Below, piece after piece: positions 24,701-31,338 of a stretch of 40,000 nt of DNA. The notes under the pieces are model-generated. The model had not been told where the DNA came from. It searched no databases and saw only the letters and a list, made by a program, of their open reading frames with translations. A program made the translations under genes and the position numbers. This DNA is from Gammaproteobacteria bacterium (GTDB taxonomy: Bacteria; Pseudomonadota; Gammaproteobacteria; Pseudomonadales; Azotimanducaceae): positions 17,985 through 57,984 of the forward strand of contig JAPOYV010000086.1 of assembly GCA_026706385.1 (NCBI GenBank), read 5' to 3'. Position 1 is the first letter of the stretch, and each line of letters begins with the position of its first letter.

Positions 24701-25101
24701 TCGTGGACAACCAGTCGGCCTGGTTGCGCCGCGAGTCACCGGATGCCTACGGTGTGTACCGTCGCACAACGGTCGTCTCGCAGATGGCAAACGGCAAGGC
24801 GATGGCCGTATTCTCAGCCTCACTCCCGCACGAAGGTCGATGGCGGCTAGCCTACTACTTGCCCCTGTCGGGTATGACGAGCAATCGTCGTGACCGTCTT
24901 GGCTTGTACGACATGCGCGTTACTGCAGATGGATTGGATGTGCCCGTTGAGTTCGACGCCGGAGCGGGGTCGGCGGGCTGGAACGACCTTGGTACCTTCG
25001 ACCTTGAGGCTGGCAACGTGCAACTGTTGGTCTCTGATCAGTCAACGGGTAGCGTCGTCTTGGCCGACGCGATTCGGTGGACCCCTGAGAGGGCGGAGTA
25101 G
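21715..25101 (+). CDS. Polytopic membrane (ABC-2 permease-like) / M1 aminopeptidase-like (HExxH-less) / golvesin-C-like fusion protein, 1128 aa
   Basis: Start chosen at MHGALRGWLAIGKAELRSS (ATG 21715; an upstream GTG at 21568 is possible). Seven to eight TM helices come first. An M1 N-domain-like segment follows (VERVEGRVLVDPGVRLGLDLRYQL...ELVMTFNPSMRVVGLTVDG). A catalytic-domain-like core ends in FTVEDFLSVASEQGMDLESAVGDWLHQTGLPGF. The C-terminus reads GWNDLGTFDLEAGNVQLLVSDQSTGSVVLADAIRW. There is no HExxH anywhere in the protein. Confidence 0.6.
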   Translation: MHGALRGWLAIGKAELRSSGRLTRTWLFVLAGVAAGFLGHVGLTVFHAFSSGQSPSLGLLRPRFVSGEGGTFLLRLFVVALVFLAFDVRVRDQRARIVDAIDSRPFGNLALLTGRCAALVLLAWLPMALLVCLCEMFGVAAEHLGLPFGERLDFDSTAALLLVDAPAMLMIWCALVFLLSVALQNRAVAATAALALLAAHWWALSVLPSHLLVAFSGTVGSTAMPSDMVPASATARDLTQRLGQLVLAVGFLIVAAVCHPRPDDVSPGRRLVVGSTLVATGATIIGLLAWLATEDLARRESWRSVHERRTGEPLPDVERVEGRVLVDPGVRLGLDLRYQLRAKDQPLTELVMTFNPSMRVVGLTVDGQVAQYSHRSGALDVELQETLRPGDGLTLGLRAEGVPAPDFGYLDSPIDVARLPGTSSRLRLLGSRVGVFTDEYVALMPGMHWLPTVGAAVPVDGRNTRGPDFFVLDLEVRTPKEWRVAGPGRREGTAGRFRFRPQAPLSAVALLAAQFERRTTDIQGVELELLSLANQRRNILLFADAFASLRDYAERVLREANSHGLPFPYGGLSIVTVPAELRAFGGGWRMASVQSLPGILLLREYGFPSSRFEMLFANHDRPSGDTRSQAVKTAALKRYFSNDISGGNLHAGAMRNLFSFQTRAVGEGALALSFVLDELVQRMLTASGDSYYSPFALAESGSSILARAFADASGAGGAVASNAKATAIGRTAVWERARETPLASLDPTVDPQTVLDVLWLKGPTLAQSILDACGDEVVGRTLAQLLNRYRGRTFTVEDFLSVASEQGMDLESAVGDWLHQTGLPGFSASVPSVARIRDRVDGSPQFQSRIHVRNAERTPGVIRLRALVHGSEGSRTVSRWTDPKLVGGGDSVEIGLVTARPPEELWLHPVLSLNRRPFRVHTPRARVYVHSSDRPFRGSRPSDWVPPAMPGVVVDDLDSGFAIVDVSLRRRRLGETLRPNSLEGEPVTRFPAYWELVDNQSAWLRRESPDAYGVYRRTTVVSQMANGKAMAVFSASLPHEGRWRLAYYLPLSGMTSNRRDRLGLYDMRVTADGLDVPVEFDAGAGSAGWNDLGTFDLEAGNVQLLVSDQSTGSVVLADAIRWTPERAE

Positions 25102-25284
25102 CAGCCAAGTCAACGGGGACCGCCCCGCGCTTCCTCGGGACACGCGTCCTTGGCGCCTAGGACACCTCGCACGCCACATTCCGGATGACCGCGGCAACGC
25201 GGGGCCGATGTCGCACGGCAATCCGAGACATCGGCCAAGTGACACCGCCCGGTCGGACCACGACGATGCCCATGACCACCCCGA

Positions 25285-25560
25285 GACGACTGCCTCGTCG
25301 ACCCCGTCAACGCCTGCGACTACCACCTGGTGTCACGATGCGTGCAGGGCGCCTTTCTGTGCGCGCGACCCGCGCACCGGACGCGACCGCTCGCACCGCA
25401 GACAGTGGCTGGTGGACCACATCGAGCTGCTGAGATGCTGCTTCGCCGTCGAGGTCTACACCTACTGCATCATGAGCAACCACTTCCACCTAGTCGGCCG
25501 CCATGCCGGTGCCACGGTGGCCCGCCGACGTTGTCAATAGGCAGTCTCTGCGCCCCGACT
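25285..25560 (+). pseudogene. IS200-like / Y1 (COG1943-type) transposase, frameshifted 5' fragment
   Basis: Frame 1 reads DDCLVDPVNACDYHLVSRCVQGAFLCAR. Frame 2 continues DPRTGRDRSHRRQWLVDHIELLRCCFAVEVYTYCIMSNHFHLV (the YxxMxNHxHLV hallmark). The frameshift is in the gcgcgcg run 25361-25367. The gene is truncated after about 90 codons by a stop at 25538 and a further shift. Confidence 0.7.
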
Positions 25561-25883
25561 AGCATGCCGCCCCGGCTCAACCCCTGCCTTCCAGACACGC
25601 AGAATCGTGGTTGTGGACTCCTTGGGAGGTTTCCCGTCAAAGGCGAACGCGTTTACAACCAACGCTTCACGCTGAATGAGTTCGCGAGAGGCAAGGCTGG
25701 CTGGTACGTCTACGCCGCCATGGCGATGGCTGCGTGCGGTCTGCTATTCGCGTGTCTGGCGATGGTCGGCTGATAATCCCGAGCGCGCGCGACCCGGGAG
25801 TTCGGTCCGTTCCGATTGAGGTTCCCGGACACGCGACTCCGGCACGAACCGACCCAAAGGTCACGCACTTGCGCGGGGGACGG

Positions 25884-26123
25884 ATGATGCGCCGACAGAA
25901 TGCGGGCAGCACGGAGGCAGGCCGCGTTTACGTGTACTCGCTCCTAGTGCCGTTCCCGCTAGGTTTCATCGGGACACTCCTGATCGCGCAGCCGCTTGGC
26001 GACTACGCCGCGTTACTTGCATTGGGCGTTGGAGTCGTCGCGCAAGTCGCTGCGATCGGCATAACGCTGCATCGCTCGTCCAAGCCGAGGGTGACGCCAA
26101 AGTCTGGGAGCCTCGGTCCGTAG
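25884..26123 (+). CDS. Hypothetical two-TM miniprotein (79 aa)
   Basis: ATG 25884 follows GGGGGA. The sequence is MMRRQNAGSTEAGRVYVYSLLVPFPLGFIGTLLIAQPLGDYAALLALGVGVVAQVAAIGITL. The only support is hydrophobicity and an RBS-like motif. Confidence 0.3.
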   Translation: MMRRQNAGSTEAGRVYVYSLLVPFPLGFIGTLLIAQPLGDYAALLALGVGVVAQVAAIGITLHRSSKPRVTPKSGSLGP

Positions 26124-26385
26124 TGCGTCGACTTGGTGGCTGAGCGGCTCCCGGCCGAGCTTTCGTGGCCGCGAGGACGTTGCGCCCACGCTGCACACGT
26201 ACGTCGTGCAAGGCAACTGGAGCCGACCGAAAAAGGACTCGATCGGTGGCCTGCGACGCCGGCGCGACGAGGGGGTACGCGGCTCTGGGTGGACGCGTTC
26301 CTGCGGAGCAGGGCAAGGTCGTCGAGGAACGTAAGGCGAAGGCGCGCGCTCACGCCACACGTGAACGCACCGCCGCACCGCAGAC

Positions 26386-26429
26386 CCGGACATTTTCAGT
26401 TGTCAGAATCCGGCCATTTTCGGCTGACA
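26386..26429. repeat. Imperfect 20-nt direct repeat (24-nt period) ending in TGTCA/TGACA motifs
   Basis: ccggacattttcagttgtca (26386-26405) and ccggccattttcggctgaca (26410-26429) match at 16/20 positions, and ttgacag follows. Confidence 0.7.
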
Positions 26430-26645
26430 TTGACAGCGCGTCCCAAGCAGCTTTAGGTGCTCTTGCGGCAAGGGTCACTCAGCAGGCATCTGGCCTGCGC
26501 TCAGGCTGCTCTGGGTTCGCTCGCTGGTCTGAACGGCGTGGGCCGGGTATGGTTCGAGACGCGCCCGCCACGCGAGCACGCAGCGCTTTCGCGCGCAGGC
26601 TTTTCGTCTACTGAGGAGGACCGCTTGTGCGTCCGGTGAATCGGT

Positions 26646-27128
26646 TTGGTTGATGAACCCTCCCCACAAGCTTCCCCAACCGGGAAACTGCAATCCATCC
26701 GTACGTACCGGTCAGCACTGGGGCGGCGTGCCCTGTGGCGTTGCCTGCCATTCCTTTTGGTTGGCTTCGCGATGTCGGTGTTGCTGCTTCGCAACGCTGG
26801 CTTCGCCCTCATGGCAATCCAGATCGGCCTAGTCGCGCTGGCAGTCGCCATGCCATTGTGGTTGGTCTTCGGTACCTCCTACCGCGTCAGTGGCAGCACA
26901 TTGACGGTGACGATGGCCTTCAGGCGGGAGCGCATCCCGCTGGCCGAAATCACCGACATCAGACCGTCGTCGCAGAGGTCGATCTGGGCATGGCAACCCG
27001 GGGTCGACGATTTCGCATTGGGCACGCAGGTAGTCGAGATAGACTGGCGAGGCCGCTTGGTATTGGTTTCACCCGTTCGCCAGGGCGATTTCCTGGTGGC
27101 AATAGACACTCGGAACTCGGTCGGATAG
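26646..27128 (+). CDS. Bacterial PH-domain (bPH/YdbS-like) membrane protein
   Basis: The start is TTG. Two TM helices (LWRCLPFLLVGFAMSVLLL, ALMAIQIGLVALAVAMPLWLVF) are followed by YRVSGSTLTVTMAFRRERIPLAEITDIRP...VVEIDWRGRLVLVSPVRQGDFLVAI, the typical bPH topology. The start codon is uncertain. Confidence 0.55.
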   Translation: MVDEPSPQASPTGKLQSIRTYRSALGRRALWRCLPFLLVGFAMSVLLLRNAGFALMAIQIGLVALAVAMPLWLVFGTSYRVSGSTLTVTMAFRRERIPLAEITDIRPSSQRSIWAWQPGVDDFALGTQVVEIDWRGRLVLVSPVRQGDFLVAIDTRNSVG

Positions 27129-27438
27129 CTCGTCAACCCCGAGAACGCCTGCGACTACCACTTGGTGTCGCCATGCGTGCAGGGCTTGCCTTCTTCTGCG
27201 GCCGCGACCGCCGCCCTAGGCGCGGCCCACGCCGAGCTCGCTGAGCGCGCTCATGAAGCACCTCAAGCAGCCGATCGCGCGGCGCGGCGCCCAGTTCGCT
27301 GCTCAGTACGACCCTGGGAGTTCGCGGTTGCGTTGGCGTTTTGGGTACGCTGATGGCCAGCAACATGCCCCGCCGAGTAGAGGGAGGATCGAGGCTACGC
27401 AAAGGGTGCACACGCGTTCCACGTCCTACAGCGCCTAG
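27129..27438 (+). pseudogene. Second, internally deleted IS200-like/Y1 transposase remnant
   Basis: LVNPENACDYHLVSPCVQG (27129-) shares about 85% nucleotide identity over about 80 nt with 25292-25370. It then jumps to MKHLKQPIARRG and a WE..RF-like block and ends at the same ...gcc tag context as 25153-25160. A partial tandem duplicate of the cctgggagtt...ggcgttttgggta block lies at 27476-27525. Confidence 0.6.
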
Positions 27439-27559
27439 GACACCTCGCACGACGCGTCGCGTCGACGTTGTCGCTCCCTGGGAGTTGGCTCTCAAGTTGG
27501 CGTTTTAGGTATGCTGGTCTGCAACGCTCCGTATCGCGCCGAACAGGGAAGTACTAGGC

Positions 27560-27805
27560 TTGCCGTTGAAACCGACCCTCGTAGCCAGCGGAGTCGCGCT
27601 ATGCCTAGTGGCTACCGTCTACGCGGTAGCGCGGCCCGACTTTGGCGGCGAGCGGTTCCTCATCATGACGTTCGCGGCGGCTTGGTTGGCTGGCGCCGCC
27701 TTCATCGACACGTATCGCTGGTTGAAGCGACGTCAGAGCACCGAGACGCGACAAAGGGGCGCAGACGAGCCCCACCAACCGGTCAAGGAGCTTGGATGCC
27801 CTTGA
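27560..27805 (+). CDS. Hypothetical two-TM miniprotein (81 aa)
   Basis: The start is TTG. Hydrophobic helices are LVASGVALCLVATVYAV and FLIMTFAAAWLAGAAFI. Tiny hydrophobic ORFs follow at 27796-27906 (36 aa) and 27961-28062 (33 aa). Support is weak. Confidence 0.3.
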   Translation: MPLKPTLVASGVALCLVATVYAVARPDFGGERFLIMTFAAAWLAGAAFIDTYRWLKRRQSTETRQRGADEPHQPVKELGCP

Positions 27806-28182
27806 TTCTTGCTATGTTGAACGAGCTGAGTTCAGGCTGGCGCAGCCGCATTGTCTGGTTCGGTGTGAGCATGGCAATCGTAGGCTTCGTCGTCCTCTAT
27901 GCCTGATCGGGGCACTGGAAAGGTGCGACTGGGGACACGGCGTATCCGGAGCCGACGGAAATGACGATGACGTTCGGCCAGAGGCACGGTGTGCTCGGAA
28001 TCGTCCTTGGCGTGCTTGGAATGACGATGGCAGCGATCGCGTTGGCCCGGAGCGGGCTCTAAGCCGCCTTCCCAGTCCGTGTGACCCGAACACCGAATGG
28101 TCAACCGCACCGATCGCTTGACAGGGCGACGGACTGCGAAAGAGCATCTTCGACTCCTCGAGCCAACCTTCGGAGAAGGACG

Positions 28183-30073
28183 ATGTTGCAGTTCCACCGC
28201 CGATGGCGCGGCGTTGCACTCGCGGGACTGGTTTCTGCGTGGGCAGCGGCGTCCGAACCGCCGGCCATCGAGGACTTCGTCGCCGGCAACGTCAACGACA
28301 TGGTGCGCATCTCGCCGACCGGGCGCTATCTCGCCGCCATCGTGCGCATCGACGACGAGGCCTGGTTCCGCATCATCACCTATCCGGAGAAGGAGACCTC
28401 GGTCAGCTTTGCGCTCAGCGAGCGGCGCGGCGTGGCCGACGTGTCTTGGGTTGCCGACGACCTCGTGCTCGTTCAGTTGTTGCGGCGTCTTTCGGGGAGC
28501 GATGCCATGGGCAACTACGGCGCGCTCTTCACGGTGCAGGCCGAGACCGGGAAGGTCACGCGACTCGAGCCGGGCGGGCTTGCCTACCTTCTGCCGCAGG
28601 ATCCCGACCACGTCATCACCTACCGGACCAGGGACCGGTTCACGGAGGCGTACCGGCTCAACGTCCGAACCGGTCGGGACAAGCGAATCGCCCGCGGTGC
28701 GGCACCGCGAGGCGCATTCGTCCCCGACCGCGACGGCGGCATGGCGTTCAGTACGGGTGTGAGCGAAACCAACCGAGAGGAGATCCACCGCCGGGTCGGA
28801 CAGCGCTCGGAGCTGGTCGAGAGCTACGGACTGGACGAAGCGGGCTGGCGGCCCATCTGGTTCGGCACGCGCCCCGGCACCTGGCTGACCTACGACACCC
28901 GTGGCGCCTTGGACACGGTGGGCTTGAGCCTGTACGACGAAGCGACCGGCGAGCACGAGTCGATCATTCGCCATCCCAAGGCCGACGTCTCCCGCGTCTT
29001 CTACGACTTCACGGGAACCCGCGCCTGGGCTGTCTAGTTCGACCACCACTATCGGCGATCCAGTATCTGGACACCACCCACGCGCTCAGCCGGCAGCATG
29101 CGCAACTGGCGCGCATGTTCCCGGCGGACCTCGTCACCTTCAACAGCATGACGCGCGACCACAAGATCGTGATCGCCGAGGTGGAAAGCGACCGCAAGCC
29201 CGGCGACTTCCTGCTGATCGACACCGAGGCCGGCAAGATCGCACCGCTCATGCAAAACCGGCCCGCCTTGCCGTCGGAGAAACTGGCCGCGATGCAGCCC
29301 GTCGAAATCTCCACGCGCGACGATGCCACGATCTACGGCTACCTGACAGTTCCCGATGAATGGCAAAAGCCGGGACCCCTCGTGGTTTGGATCCACGGGG
29401 ACCCCACGGCGTCCGCGACACTTGGGGCTACGACACCCAGGTGCAACTGCTCGCCAGCCGCGGCTACGCGGTCTTGCAGGTGAACTACCGCGGCTCACCC
29501 GGCTACGGCCGCGCCTACGAGGGTGCCGGCTACGGCGAGTGGGGCGGCTTGATGCAGGACGACGTCACGGACGCAACCCTGTGGGCGATTGCGAGTGGCT
29601 TTGCGGACCCCAAGCGGATCTGCACGGGCGGCGGCAGCTTCGGTGCCTATTCCGCCATGATGGGCGCGGCCCGGGAAGGCGACCTGTACGCCTGCGTGGT
29701 CGGCATGTTCGGCATCTACGACCTGACGCTGATGGAGCGATCGGGCGACGTACGCCAGCGCAACTCCGGCACGTACTACATTCGTCGCGTGATCGGTGAC
29801 GACCCCGAAGCGCTGGGACAGAGATCCCCCGTGACGTTCGCCGATCGCATCAAGGCCAGCGTGATGCTGGTGCACGGCGGCCGGGACCGTCGCGCGCCGC
29901 CGGCCCACACGCACCGGATGCGCGAGGCCCTCGAACGGGCCGGCCACGAGGTGGAGTGGCTGGCCGACGGCGACCAAGGCCACGGGTTCTTCGGCAAGCG
30001 AGCCCTGGTGAACCTCTGGACGCGTGTCTTCGAGTTCCTGGACCGAGAGATCGGCGCGAGCCCGCCCACCTAG
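28183..30073 (+). pseudogene. S9 family prolyl oligopeptidase / dipeptidyl aminopeptidase, disrupted by two 1-nt frameshifts
   Basis: A signal peptide (MLQFHRRWRGVALAGLVSAWAAAS) and propeller are in frame A up to TAG 29035-29037. Frame B covers about 29036-29400 (SAIQYLD...GYLTVPDEWQKPGPLVVWIHG). Frame C runs from about 29400 (GPHGVRDTWGYDTQVQLLASRGYAVLQVNYRGS, nucleophile GGGSFGAYSA, HGGRDRRAP, GDQGHGF). Confidence 0.8.
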
Positions 30074-30085
30074 CGCCCCACGCGG

Positions 30086-31321
30086 TCACCGCTCGACGTC
30101 CCGGGCGACGAGCCCGGGCCACTTCCAGGCGGCAACCGCCAGCGCGACCAAGCCTTCGAAGGCGATGATCGTGCACGCCGCACTGGCACCGACCCAGCCG
30201 GCCAGCAGGCCGAGGTGAGCGAATCCCAAGGGCCCGCTGCCGATGCACACCGACAGGAGTCCCATCATCCGCTGCCGGCTCGCCTGCGGCGCGTTCAAGA
30301 GAACAAGCGTGCTCTGCATCGCCGCGAACGCGGCCAGCGACAGGCCGAGCGCGACCAGCAACCCCCCGGACAGCACGGCGCTCTCCGAGTTCGCAAAGCC
30401 CATGGCCGCGACGAGGTAGACCGCCACGCCGAAGAAGTACAGGTGGCGGAACTGGCCCCGCCGCGCAAAGGCGGCCAACAGGAACGCGCCGAGCAGCGAA
30501 CCAAGCCCTTCCATGCTGGCCAATACGCCGATCTGGAAGGGCGCAAGCCGAAGTTGGTCTGCACCGATCACCGGCACCATCGAGATCACCGGGAAGCCCC
30601 AGACGTTGAACACCACGGTCGTGGCCAGCACGCCCTGGAGGACCGGCTGGCCGCGCAGCTCTCGCAATGCGCCGCGGATTCGGCCGATGGCCTGGCCGGA
30701 GACTTCGGCGACGGAAGCCGCGACGCCCTTGAGCCCGAGCAGTAGGCCGAACGCTAGCACGTACGCCGTCGCCGTCAGCACGAAAGCGCCGTCCATGCCG
30801 GCCACGGCGTACAGCGTGCCGCCGAGAACCGGGCCAAGCACCCGCGTTCCGGAACTGGCCACCGTGTCCAAGCTCATGGCCGCCCCGAGCCTGGCCTGCC
30901 CGGCGATGTCCGCCAGCAAGGTTCGGCGCACGGGGAAGTCGAGCACCCAGGCCAGCCCGGCGATGAAAGCGCCAAGGGCAACGTGCCAGACGGCGAGTCG
31001 ACCGAAGGCCGCGAGCCCCGCCAATGCGCCGGCCAACGCAGCCAAGGCTGCGAATGTGGTCAGGAGGACGCGTCTGCGGTCGAAGCGGCCGGCAATCTCG
31101 CCGCCGTAGAGCCCGAACAGGGCGAGCGGCAGCATGCGCAGCATGAGCATCGCCGCCACGAGCGTCGGCGAGCCGGTCTCTTCGAACACGAAGATGCCGA
31201 CGGCCAGCATCTCGAGCCAACGGGCCGTCGCCGTGCACGCCCCCACCAGCCACAGACGTAGGAATTGCGCGTCGGCCAGCAGCGGACGCGCCGGACGCGC
31301 CGTTGAACCGCCATTGGTCAA
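30086..31321 (-). CDS. MFS transporter (12 TM)
   Basis: 411-aa ORF of hydrophobic repeats with an N-terminal FLRLWLVGACTATARWLEMLAVGIFVFEETGS typical of MFS_3/EntS-like exporters. The start appears to be TTG. Confidence 0.8.
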   Translation of the reverse strand: MTNGGSTARPARPLLADAQFLRLWLVGACTATARWLEMLAVGIFVFEETGSPTLVAAMLMLRMLPLALFGLYGGEIAGRFDRRRVLLTTFAALAALAGALAGLAAFGRLAVWHVALGAFIAGLAWVLDFPVRRTLLADIAGQARLGAAMSLDTVASSGTRVLGPVLGGTLYAVAGMDGAFVLTATAYVLAFGLLLGLKGVAASVAEVSGQAIGRIRGALRELRGQPVLQGVLATTVVFNVWGFPVISMVPVIGADQLRLAPFQIGVLASMEGLGSLLGAFLLAAFARRGQFRHLYFFGVAVYLVAAMGFANSESAVLSGGLLVALGLSLAAFAAMQSTLVLLNAPQASRQRMMGLLSVCIGSGPLGFAHLGLLAGWVGASAACTIIAFEGLVALAVAAWKWPGLVARDVER

Positions 31322-31338
31322 AGGAATGCGTTAAGCCG

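Larger units (their letters stand above)
19255..28150. mobile_element. Probable horizontally acquired accessory segment (genomic islet); boundaries approximate
   Basis: The evidence is a recombinase at the left edge, decayed transposase fragments inside, and a G+C drop from about 20.5 to 28.1 kb. Spot counts of 60-nt lines are 45-58% inside against about 72% at 17.4 kb. An AT-rich tract marks the left edge. I found no tRNA and no direct-repeat att sites. Confidence 0.45.

Noticed and set aside
26650-26832. 60-aa Cys-rich ORF (MMNPPHKLPQPGNCNPSV...CRCCCF) and the 8-codon upstream ORF (GTG 26627 to TGA 26653) behind a GAGGAGGA motif.
   Set aside because: The 60-aa ORF overlaps, in another frame, the PH-domain ORF, whose TM helices and beta-sandwich look genuine. 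The mini-ORF could be a leader peptide but has no supporting evidence.
27832-29049. 405-aa minus-strand ORF.
   Set aside because: It is antisense to the S9 peptidase propeller region, has low-complexity composition and carries no recognisable motifs.
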